Part shown: positions 27,601-39,600 of the stretch, one piece after another
Numbering within the stretch: position 1 is the stretch's first letter
Layout: each line of letters opens with the position of its first letter
From: Vicugna vicugna
Lineage: Eukaryota
Direction: 5' to 3'
Assembly: GCA_013265495.1 (NCBI GenBank)
Contig: MU057521.1
Span: 1,748,335 to 1,812,334 of the forward strand
Length of the DNA stretch: 64,000 bases
The notes under the pieces: generated by a model
What the model was told of the DNA's origin: nothing
The model's database searches: none
The model's input: the letters and a program-made list of their open reading frames with translations, nothing else
Made by a program: the position numbers and the translations under genes

Positions 27601-30600
27601 AATTGCTCCCGCCTGTGCATGTGGTCCTTCTGCCCTGGTCCCTGCTCCCTTAATGGAAATGCAGCGTCTCATTTTAGGACTCACCTCACTTAAGCCTTAC
27701 GTTTTGTGAGAAAGGAAGTGTTATTCCTAGTCACAGATGTCACATAATGTTTGTTCTAATCAGTATGCTGACCCTTTTTGTGGAAGTCTCCCAAGTGAGA
27801 TGAGGCAGGAGCTGTTGGAGAGTCCAGGTATTGGATGCCTGGAAGGCAGGGTCCATGTTTGAATCGGGCCGTTTACCTTTGCATGTAGTAGGCAAGCCCA
27901 CTTGCTAGTCTTCTGCAATTTCTTATTTTGCTTCTTTTGAATTATCTTCTCATTTTGAATACTTGTTCCCTGCCTTGTCCTCATTTTACATTTTTTTTTG
28001 TTTGTTTTAAGGAAATCCTTCAAAGTTCCATTTTGATGTAAATACAGCCCTCATGGCCACGACAGGTGCAGAGATACTGTGAGCAATATGAGAGACTATC
28101 TTCAGGATTTTTCAGTTAATGTTTAATTTTTAAATATAGAGATCAACTCAATAGGCTAAAGCTGCAGAGAACAAGGAACATAGATCTTCCACGTCATTCA
28201 AAGAAAGTAAAAATTTTAACTGCATTTAGCAAAGCCTGTTTTAAACGTTTATGGCAGAGTAGCTGACAAACTTAGCCTCTGCGTTTGGCCAGCGTAGTAT
28301 AGTGAGTGGTCAGACTGATTCTCCTGCAGCGAGCAGGGTCACAGAACCACCTAACAGCCTCTCCAGCCCCTGTCTTCTTGTGTCCCCTTGTCCTTCCAGT
28401 GCGTGGACCTGAGCTGCAACGAGCTGAGTGAAGTCACTTTACCAGAAAACCTGCCTCCAAAACTCCAAGAACTAGACCTGACGGGGAATCCCCGACTTGC
28501 CCTCGATCACAAAACCCTGGAGCTGCTCAAGTAAGTACTTTATGAAGCGCTGCAGCCCCATCACTCATCACTGAAAGTGGCCTTTACCACTTAGTAAAAA
28601 ACACTAACTGGAATATGAAGTGTTTCGTGAGTCTGTACTTCACCAAAATGGATGGACAGCCAAGAAAAATGTCAAAAGAGTTGGATACTAATGTATCCTT
28701 TCAGAAAGTTTTTGAGAAAGAATCCAGACAAAAGAGATGAGAATAATACAAAGAGGAAAACAGGATTTAGAGACATAGGAGAGAGCAGTGAACAACCAGG
28801 ACATACACTTACATGTCAGTTACTGATAACCCGGTGTGATGCTTAAGGCAGATGTTACACAAGGACTTTGAAAGAGATTCCTAATGTGGGGGAAGCTGAT
28901 AATTGGAGCCAAAATTAAGATTATTTAAACAAAACTGGGGATGGGCGAGAGTTAGATACTGCTAAGTTCTCTTCCTGTTTTGGGAAACTGATACTGTCTC
29001 ATGACTGATGTTGATGGAGACTAACAAGTTAGAGTTCATTATGTAAAATGTTACATAAAATGTTAAAGGAACCCTCAGTAGGAAGGATGTCTTTATAAGA
29101 ATGTTCATCACAGAATTCTAAATGTCTATCGATAGAATTCAGTTATACTCCACAGTTGAATATTATACAGCCATTAAAAACAATGATGGAGAATTATATT
29201 GCTAACTTGAAAGATCTCTGCATATGACATTAGGTGAAAAGAAAATTTACAAGGAAATTTGTATAGTATAATTACACGTTTTCCAAAATAAATTTGTGTG
29301 CATATGGTATGTGTGCATGTGTGTGTGTACATGTGCACACTTAGAAAATGCCAGAAAGGATATAAAGCAAAACGTTAAAATAGTGCTATTCTCTGGATAG
29401 TAGGATTATGAGTGATCTTTGTTTTCTTCTTGGAACTTTTCTGAATTTTCCAAATTTTTGCAGTGTGTCTTAAAGTAACAGTTTTAGACGTTGACACACA
29501 TTAGACATTGTGGTGCCATCTGTGCTTAAACCCTGTTGTGATTTCTGTTACTGACAGTCATCTTTCATTATCTTAGGAAAAAAAACTGAAAAGGAATGGA
29601 ATTTTAAAAAGAATGGTATTAATGGTCTGTTAATACTCTCCTAAACTTCAGTGCAAACTAAAATTTGCAAATCACTAAGGTGGTTCCTGGATGGAGTTGG
29701 CCTACTTTTAGTGCCTGTTTGTTGCCATTTTAGGTACTTAATAAGAAGACTGACTTCGACAGATGATGGAAGAATCCTGGCTAAGTACAGTGTTCTAGGG
29801 AAGCCACAGGGGCCCGAGGCTCTCTCCACTGCTTTTCAGTATGTGAAGCCTTGGTCCAGATCCCTCAGTGTGTTCAGATCTCAGTTTTCTCTTCGATTAG
29901 AGAGGATGGTCTGCACACTACTCAAATAGAGAATGAGCAAAGGACATTAATATTTAACAAGTGCAGTACAGATAGTTACATGAAAAGATCATGTTCAGCC
30001 TGATTAGTGCATCAAGGAAATAGTAGATAAAATATTTAAATGGTAACTTTTTCCCCCCTCAAATTGGTGCTGCTAGAGGATTATAAATTGATACAACTTT
30101 TCTTAAAAACTATTGGTCAACAATGTAAGTCAACTTATGCGTCAATGCAAAAATAAAATGTTTTTAAAAAGACCTGTGTATCAAGCTTTTAAAAATATTC
30201 ACATACTTAGACCAGGGTTTTATGTGGCAAAAAAAAATGTATTCTAAAAATTAATCAGAAATATGATAATGTTTATTTTAGATATGGAGATAGTCATCAA
30301 GATATTTCTAATTATATTTAGGATGAATGTAAAATGACCTGGGGAAATGTTCATGATGTAATTAGAAAAAAGGTGCAAAACCATGCATATAATAGAATGG
30401 CCCCACTATTATATAGACATGAGACATTATCTGTTAAATATCTACCAAAGGGTACGTGTTCCTGGAGTAACTGGAGCTACTGCAGTGAAGCAGCTGTGTG
30501 CTCTGTTCAGTATCTAGCAGGTTGTGGCTTCTTAGTAACCCTGGGGAGTTTCCATATCTAATGTACTATTTACGCTCAGAGGGTTGGCCTGTTTGTTCTG

Positions 30601-33600
30601 CATGAGCCAGGGTCAGTCCACATGGTGACTCTCCTGTGTGGCTGAGCTCCGGCTCCCAAATTCTCTCAGACTCATTTCAAGATGAGAGTCAACATTCAGA
30701 TCACTTCAGACAGCTGCTCAGTCACCCTGTATTCAACTAGGCAGAGAATGAGAAATTGCTGCTTCGCCAGAAAGGATTATGGGGGAGTTTAAGGATTGTT
30801 TTTTTCTTTAATAATAAGGCTAGGAAGTGGAATTATTTCTTTGAAGGCGCTATGTTCTGTAAAAAGTATAAATGCCTCCAGAAATGAGCCTTCCATTTTC
30901 CTCTAGAATTCAGAAAGTTAGCAAAAATGTAGTGAGAGCCGTAAGATATGCCGTAAGAAGCCCATTGCATTGCTTACCATTGCACATGGATAGAATCTGG
31001 TACCAGGTCGTATGGGAAGCAGATAACAGCAGCGTGTCTTTTTTAATGCCCCTTTTATTCGTAGGTTTGAAAAGAGGATATATGTAGCCCTGATGCAAAA
31101 TGAGGTATTTGATTTGGGGATTTCCTATTGGCACCATCTATGATTTTTATTTTTTTCGGCTTTTTAGGATAAAGGGGAAAATGAATGTTTGCTGGTAATT
31201 GAGAGCAGAAACTTTTCTTAAGCAAAATATATTTAAATTTCAAAGAAATTGCCGTCAGCTATTTCTGGAATCAAAGCGAATACTATTGGACATTGATTTA
31301 CTTCTGAATTGAATGGCTCTTAGGAAGGGTCTTGAGTGTTTATTATATTTTGGAGTTAATGAACAAATAACAGATTCTTGGGGTCATGAAAGAAGTGTTC
31401 AGGTGTTGTTTAAGTTAAGAGATTGTACATATGTTGTTTCTCTTCTTGAAGTAATAAGGGGGAAAAATTAGTGGCCGTTTACAAGTAAGCAGGGTTTATC
31501 TCACCATGTGGTAGGCAGCCTCTTAAAACTCTGCTTCACATCTGTATGACTTCCTGTGTGCGGGCTCTGGGTGCTTTCTAGCAGGCTGGTTTTTCATGAA
31601 CGCCATTTGAGAGTTCACACTTTTGAGTATTTCTACCCTGGGTCCTGTTGGACCAAATATGGCCTATGAGAGCTTAGGTGAGAGAATTTGCCCCTTGGTT
31701 TCTATATATGTAGGTAATGTGTAATTTATTGATTGCCCCTCATTTGCTTCATAATTTTATGATATTGGTCTCAGCATGTTTGGCTGTGCAAGTGAGGGAA
31801 GAATTGGAAGCTTCAGAATATGGCAAGTCCCCAGTAATATTTGTGGAGTATTTGAAGGGGTGATGTGGGCAGAAATTGGATTTGAGAATGAACTTCTCAC
31901 ATCATCCAAATACAGTACAGTTGTGGCTTAGGTTTTGTTCTTTTCAAATCTAGGTTTTATGTTGTCAAAATATGTGTAACTTAACAATTAAACTTTCTTT
32001 TCTCATGGCAAGATTGAGAACTGTCCCTTTCATTCCCAGGAGAGAGCAGCCGTCTAGGGCAGTGAGTGTGAAAGTCTCTAATAACCGCCATTCAATGCTG
32101 ATAAAGACCAATTTTTCATTCTCTGTATATATGCCCCTTTGCTTTCATGATGATGAGTAGCTAGTTCTTGTTGCTGCTAAGTATTTCAGACTCATTAAGC
32201 CCAGTAAGAAATGGTAAGTACAGAGTGCTTAGGTGTTTTTCATTTCTCAGATAGAGGTAGCAGTTTACACATGTTCCATTTTAATGATTCCTGTCCCCTC
32301 CATTTCTCTGGTTAGTAACATCCGCTGTTTCAAGATTGATCAGCCTTCGGCAGGAGACGCGTCTGGAGCCCCAGCTGTATGGAGCCATGGCTACACCGAA
32401 GCTTCAGGGGTGAAAAACAAGTAAGTGGGTGAAACTTTGGAGTGAGATCTGCCTCCCACCCGCCTCCCTGCTTTAGCTGTGCAGAAGGAAGCCCAGTGCT
32501 AGCACACACTTTCCCCAAGTCACATTTGTTTGAACATGTTTCCCCAGAGTGAGGCCACCTCATGACTTACTTTGGAACGTTAAGCTAAGCCCTGCTTGGC
32601 ATCACATACTCTCTCTTTGTGAGAGATGTTGCTAGGAGACGATGTAACTGACACATTATGTCTATGTGAGACTCCAGTGTTTAGAGAAGGCGTAAGTATT
32701 GAAATGCATCCCTGCTCTTTTGAAAAGCCCCTTTATCTTTCTCTGAAGCCTGTTTACCAAGCAAAACAGGGATAGTACTAAAGGAATAGAAGTCGCCTCG
32801 ATTATCCATATTCAAGATCCCTTACGTTATTGGCCAGTTGGTGTTTCTGTGGAGCTGTTTTTTATAGTCTAAATTAGCTTGTCAGGAGTTTGATGTCCAT
32901 CTCCTGTAATGTCAGCTACTTGTCTTGCCACCAGGTCTTGTCCCTCTTAATTTCTTTTTCTTCTCTGTTTTCACCAGCCTTCCCTGTCTTAGATGTAGAT
33001 GTTCATTTCCTGAGAACTATAATCAAGCTCTTCAGACCTGCTTGCTTTTTATGAAGGGGTGCTAAGAATCAGTACTAGAAAAGGAAAGGGTCCTATGAAT
33101 TAGGATAGTCATAGTTCAATTAGCTAAGATATAAGAACATAAAATATTGAGAGCAGGGGAAGAAAAAGAAAGTGGAGGATGATCCCATAATAGCTAACAT
33201 GATCATTCAAGCCTGAGTGCCCGTTAGACTCAGTCAAGTGAGGAACTTTAAAGAATGTTCTCCAGCCTGAGCCCTGAAATCAGAATGCTTTGAAGTCCCC
33301 AGGTGATTCTGATGTGCATCCAGGACTGAGAACCACTGACGAGCTTGAACACTTTCCATGGAAAATAGAAGGTGGAATTGTGCTTGCCAGGCTGACTGCT
33401 TTTCCTCGGGACGGAAAGCAGAATCAGCTCACGCTGTGGGTCTGGCACAGTGGTCCTCTCCTCTTCTCCTAAGAGTGTGATCTGACGTTGTGCTGTCCAG
33501 AGAGGACATAGCCCTCGTTTCAACACCTCTATTCCATTTGCCCCAGAAAAGGGCAGAATAACCATTTGTGCCTGGGCTTTAACGGCTGCACTATTTCTGT

Positions 33601-36600
33601 GTACTTTGCATTGTTTATCATCGTATGTGGGGGAGACGGGAAGAAACTATATATTCTTTGGAGCACTCAGAGTTCCTTCCTAGAGAGCTTTCTTTTTAGA
33701 TTAAAAGATCTTGTGTCATACTTACAAACACCAGTACATGAAACTACTTTCTAATTCCAGAATGCTGATACGAAATACAAGATTGGTTTCTAAAACATCC
33801 GTGGATATTAAAATGTATTATCTACTCATATATGTTAATGAAGCAATCATCAATTCTATTTTTTTACATAATTCCCCCTTTCACAATTCCTTTTTTTAAA
33901 CTTTTTGTTATATTGAAGCATAAGATAATCAATAAGCATACAACTCTATGAACCACCACCTAGATCGAAAAACTGATCATTACCAGCACCTCAGAAGTCC
34001 GAAGCCATCTCTGGTCTTCACTTTATTTCTCTTGCTTTTTCACCCTTTGGTTTTGCCAGCAGAAATTTCGCAAGAGTTTTCTTTTTAAACTGTATGTAAA
34101 GTAGAAACATAAACAAGAAGCTTGCTGCTTTGAAGGAAGGAGAACTGCTGTGGTCCCTGCCCCCAAATCTCGATAAACACCTCTTCTCTTCTCCCCACCC
34201 CCGACTTTCTCCTGTGGGTACCAGCGCCATGTTGCCTCCCTGTCAGGTCATTTCAGATCTTTTGGGAAACCCAAGCAGGGAGCTGCAATTGGATAATTTA
34301 GGTTCTTCCTCAGACTAAAAAAACCAACAGAAAGCTCCAGTGGAAATGAAGAATCACTACTGTACTTTCAAAATACATTTTTTTTCATACCCTCCCACTC
34401 TGACTAGCAAGGGGAGCTTAAAGAAGGACGGCAGAATTATAAGATGATTAAATATTATATTATTAAATTTTACTTTGCTACTACTTGTCATGTAACTTTG
34501 GATGACTTCGTTTTCTTAATAAATGGAGGCTAGAATTTCAAAGTACTTAGGTAAGAGCCAGACTGCCTGGCTTTGACTCTGGGCTCTGTACTTTTTTGCT
34601 GTGTGACCTTGGGCAGCTACTCATCCTGTCTTTGGCTTAATTTCCTCGTCTGTAAAATGGAACTAAAAATACTACTGTCCTCATGGGATTGTTTTAAGGA
34701 TCCCCTGATTACAGATGCGAAGAACTTAGACTAACATGTACTATATAGTTATCTCTGTTTAAGTGTTAGCTACTATTATTATTAGTGATAATGATTATTT
34801 ATATTGTTATTTATCCCCAAACTCCTTAAGGTCAGGAATTATATTTTCAGGTTCATATCTCTGTTACCTAGCCATGATACATGTCAGGTGCTTAGTAACT
34901 TTTTTCTTTTCATTAATGTATATACAGTAAGAAGAGACAATTTATTTTCAGCAAAATTCACCTTTCTTAGTGTACAGCTCTGCAAGTTTTGCTGAAAGAG
35001 TGTCTCTGTGTGACCACCACCGTAATCAAGTTATAGAAAATTCCCCCACGCCCCTCTGTCGTCAGTCCTTTTCCTCACTCCAAGCCTCTGGCAACTCCTG
35101 ATCTGTTCTTTGTTTCAGTAGTTTTGCCTTTCCTAGAATGTCATATAAATGGAATTATACAGTATATAGCCTTCTCAGTCTAGCTTCTTTCGCTTAGCAT
35201 AATGCATTTTAGATTCATTTGTGATGTTGCCTATGTGAGTAATTTGTTCCTTTTTGTTGCCGAGTATTATTGCATTGCATGAATATACTGTTTATCCATT
35301 TACTTTTTGAAGGACCAATGATTTAGATTGTTCCTAATTTTAAGCAAATACAAACAGAAGTTCTATAAACATATAAACCTGCATATGGGTTTTTGTGTGA
35401 ACATAGTTTTCATTTCTCTTAGATAAATACCTGCAAGGAGGATTGCTGAGTCATATGATAAGTGTGTATTTAATTTTGTAAAGAAACTGCCAAACTGTTT
35501 CCCAAAGTGGCTGTACCATTTTGTATTCCCAGCAGCAGTGAATGAGAGTTCTGGTTGCTCCCCATCCCCACCAATACTTGTAAGGTCAGTGGTGGTTCTG
35601 GCCATTCTAACAGCAGTATTTCATTGTGGTTTCAATTTTTATTTCCCTAATGACTGATGATTGTTGATCATCTGTTCACATGCCTCCCACCCATCCTTCT
35701 ATCTTCCTTGGTGAGAATGTATTCTTTCACAATTAAGCATGATGTTAGTTGAAGGTATTTTTGTAGACTTCCTTTATCAAGTTAAGAAAATTCCCTTCTG
35801 TTCCTAGTTTGCTAAAAATTTTTATAACACGTGGTCACATTTTGTCATAGGCTTTTTCTGCATTAGTTAAGATGATTGTATTTTTCCTGTCTTAGTCTGT
35901 TGATGTAGTGAATTACCTTAGTTTCAAAATGTTGAATCAGCTTTGCATTTTCAGGGTAAATTCCACATGATCATGATACATTATCATTTTTATATGCTGC
36001 TGGTTTTGGTTTGCTGGTAATCTGTTGAGCATGTCTATATTCACAGATATTAGCCTGTGGTTTTCTTTTCTTGTGGTGTTTGTCTGGTTTTGGTATCAGG
36101 GTAATGATGGCCTCATAAAATGAGATGAGGAGTGTTTCCTCTTCTTCAGTTTTCTAGAAAAGTTTATATAGAATTGATATTATTTTTTCCTTCAATGTTT
36201 GTTAGGATTCACCAATAAAGCCGTCTGGGCCTGGAACTTTCTTTGGCTTTCAACTAAACGTAAAATTTCTTTAATTATCTATTCTTGAATGAATTTTGGT
36301 TATTTGTGTCTTTCAAGGAATTTATCCATTTTCATCTAGTTTTCAAATTTATTGGCATAAACTTGTATGTAATGTTCCATTCTCCTTCTACTGTCTGTAA
36401 GGTCTGTAGTGGTATCTCTCCCTTTTCTTATTCCTGATTCAAGTCATTTGTCTTGTCTTTTTACCCTGATCCATTTAGTTTGAGGTTTATCAATTTTATT
36501 GATATTGTCAAAGAACCAGGTTTTAGTTTCATTGATTTTCCTGTTTTTTAGTTTTTTCTGTTTATATTTCATTGATTTCTGCTCTTAATATTTCCTTTCA

Positions 36601-39600
36601 GCTTACTTTGGGTTTGTTCTTGCTCTTACTTTTCTAGGTTCTTAAGTAAAAGCTCAGGTCATTGATTTGTGCTTAAGACATTAATATTCTAAGAATTTAA
36701 AGAATTTCTGTAAATTTCCTTCTAAGCAACTTGGTTGGAGAACATAACTTGAATCACTTGAATCTTTTAAACTTACTGAGACACTTTCTGGCCCAGAATA
36801 TGGTCTATCTTAGTAAATATTCATTGTACATTTGGAAAAAGTGTTGGGTAGGGTGTCAGATCAAGTTGATTGATAATGTTGTTCAAGTTGTAAATACCCT
36901 TACTGATTTTCTGTCTACAAAAAAATGTCAATGACTGAGAGACTATAATTATGGGTTTATCTGTGTCTCCTTGTATTTCCATCAGGTTTTGCTTCATGTA
37001 TTTCAAAGTTCTGTTATTAAGTGCATAAACATTTAGAATGTTACAGCTTTGTGATGAATTTACTTCTTCATCATTATGAAATGACTCTTTGTTTTTGTAA
37101 TGCTCTTTGTACTGAAATAAACTTTGTTTGGTACTAGTGTAGCTACTCCAGCTTTCTTTTGATGAGTGTTGGCACAGTACAGTTGACCCCTGAACACGAG
37201 GGTTAGGAGCACCAAGCCACTGCACATTCAGAAATCCATGTACAACTTTACAATATCTGACTTTCTTTCTTTCTGAGCAATGTTTTGACTATTTTCATAT
37301 TCAATAAAATTATTGATATGGTTAGGTTTAAACCTGCCAGTTTACTAGTATTTGTTTTCTGTTTGTCTCATCTGTTCTTGATTCCTTTTTTCTCTTTTTC
37401 TTCATTCTTTTAGATTGAGTATTTCTTATTCCATTTTGTCTCCTTTATTTGTTATCCATTCTACCTTGTGTGTGTACATGTGTGGTTTGTTTAGGGTTTA
37501 GAGTATAACCTTTAACTTGTCGATTACAGTTGCCTTCAGGGAGTGTTCTACCATGTCACAGATGTTGTAAGAACCTTACCATCTGTACTTCCATTTCCCC
37601 TCTTCCTAGTCTTGCTATTGTTGTCATATGTTTTACTTCTACTTTTGTTATAAACCCCAGAATACACTGTTATAATTTTTACTTGAAACAGTTATTTTCT
37701 AAAGTAGTGTTTCTCAACTTCAGTACTATTGACATTTTGAGCTAGACAATTCTTTGTTGTTGGGGGACAGGGGAAGGAGGAAGGTTTCCTGTGCATTGTA
37801 AGATGTTTAGCAACACCCCTGGCCCCTACCCACTAGACGCTGATATCATCACCACCCGAGTTGTGACAATCCAGTGTCTCCTGGGGCTCAGATATCCCCA
37901 TTGTGCTCTAAAGTGATTTTAAAAATGAGAAAAATAAAATGTTTCTGTTTACTCGCCTATTTGTCATTTCTAAAACACTTCATTCTTTTATATAGATCCA
38001 GACTTCCGTCTGGTAGTATCATTTCTCCTCTTTCATGTATTTCCTTTCACATTTCTTATAGTGCCTGTCTTTGGCGGTAAAGTTGTATTTTTGTGTCTGA
38101 AAATGTCTTTTTTGCACCTTAACTTTTGAAAGCTGTCTTCACTGGCTTAGAAATCCAGGTTGACAGGTTTTTTCCTATCAGTACTGTGAGGATGTTGCTC
38201 TGCTGTCTTCTGCATCATTTCTGATGAGAACTCTGCTGTCATTCGTGCCTTTGTTCCTCTGCAGGATGTGTTGTTCCTATTCCCACCCCCCTGCCTTTAT
38301 CCCTGGATTTCAACAGTTTGATTTTGATGTGCCTCAGTTAAGTTTTTTCATTTGCTTTTGCTTACTGTTTGCTGAGCTTCTTGTATCTGTAGGTTTATAG
38401 TTTTCATCAGATTTGAAATATTTTCAGCCATTAATTTTTCAAAACTGTTTCTGTCTGCCTCTCTTCTCTTTTGAAGACTCCAGCTCCCTGTGTGTTAGGG
38501 TTTTTAAAGTCATCTCACCCCTTACTCCTGCCTTAGCTTTTTATTTTTCCCTCAGTCTTTTATTCATTTTAGACAGTTTATGGGACACAGTTATGTAACT
38601 TGGAAGTGGTTTGAGTAAGTGGAGAGGCTCTGCGGGCCCCCAGAGTGCCCTGTGCAACTGTCCTGCCACCAGTCTTCTGCCTGTGGCCTCTGCCTGCCTC
38701 ATCCTGCCTCATCCTGCCTCATCCTGCCTCAACTGAGGGAGACCTCCAGGCTGCACCTGGGTTTCTCCTCCCGGTGCTGCAGCCCAGAACTTTTCCCAGC
38801 AGTAAGCTGAGCAGGAATCGGGCCCCCTCTCTGACCTGCACTCTTTATTGTCTTCTGCCGCAGTACTGTTGTTTATACTTTGTGCTGCCTTTTTTAAAGT
38901 TGTTTGAGACTTTTCATCTGTTTTTATATACTTACATATTTTGCAGTGTTTTAGCTGTTACTTCATTTTTGCTCCATGTGGAATTTCTCCTTAATAAATG
39001 TTTTGTGAATGAATGTGGACATATGTGTTCATAATCTGGCATTATTTCCCATGCCTCTTATTGTCTTTCCTGCCATTTAAAAATAAAATCATCAGAGGAG
39101 AAGGGTGGGGGAAGCCTTGCAGCATCAATATGTGCTTATCATTTTTCTCCACTTTACAGAAATTAGTTGGTATAAATTAGCTGGGGTTAGTTTACCTGTT
39201 CTTAATCTGTCTAGAGTCACAAAGGAAAAGACAAGCCTGGATTAAGCAAATCTGAAAAAAACACAGTTGTGTCGGGCATGGAGAAGGAGAGATGAAGAGG
39301 CTTAGCACAGAAGCATTCTTGCTTTGCAGGTTGTGTGTTGCAGCCCTGTCAGTGAATAACTTCTGTGACAACCGGGAGGCCCTGTATGGTGTATTTGATG
39401 GAGACCGGAACGTGGAGGTGCCCTACCTTCTCCAGTGTACCATGAGTGACATTTTGGCGGAAGAGCTGCAGAAAACAAAAAACGAAGAAGAGTACATGGT
39501 CAATACATTCATTGTTATGCAAAGGTAAGACTCAGAGCACCTACTGTGTGTTATAGCACCTACTGTGTGTTTTCTTCCTCTTCTTTGAGTTTGCCCTCTA

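Larger units (their letters stand above)
34900..38560 (-). mobile_element. Large decayed L1 (L1M-class) with ORF2 remnants, internally deleted and interrupted by DNA transposons
   Basis: Minus-strand translations resemble L1 ORF2: endonuclease region [33 protein letters not shown]...[20 protein letters not shown] (ORF 36821-37225) and C-terminus [16 protein letters not shown]...[19 protein letters not shown] (ORF 35363-35605). Confidence 0.85.

Noticed and set aside
32145..32260. C-box-like ATGATGA suggesting an intronic C/D snoRNA
   Set aside because: No CTGA D box at a suitable distance and no terminal stem.
32233..32315. Alternative upstream acceptors for exon 14 (AG at 32250, 32254, 32260, 32263)
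   Set aside because: Extensions of 65, 61, 55 and 52 nt would all shift the frame. The in-frame ORF-track extension is incidental.
35363..37225. Minus-strand ORFs with reverse-transcriptase-element similarity as an active or domesticated gene
   Set aside because: Short, stop-ridden, internally deleted L1 ORF2 remnants interrupted by other repeats.
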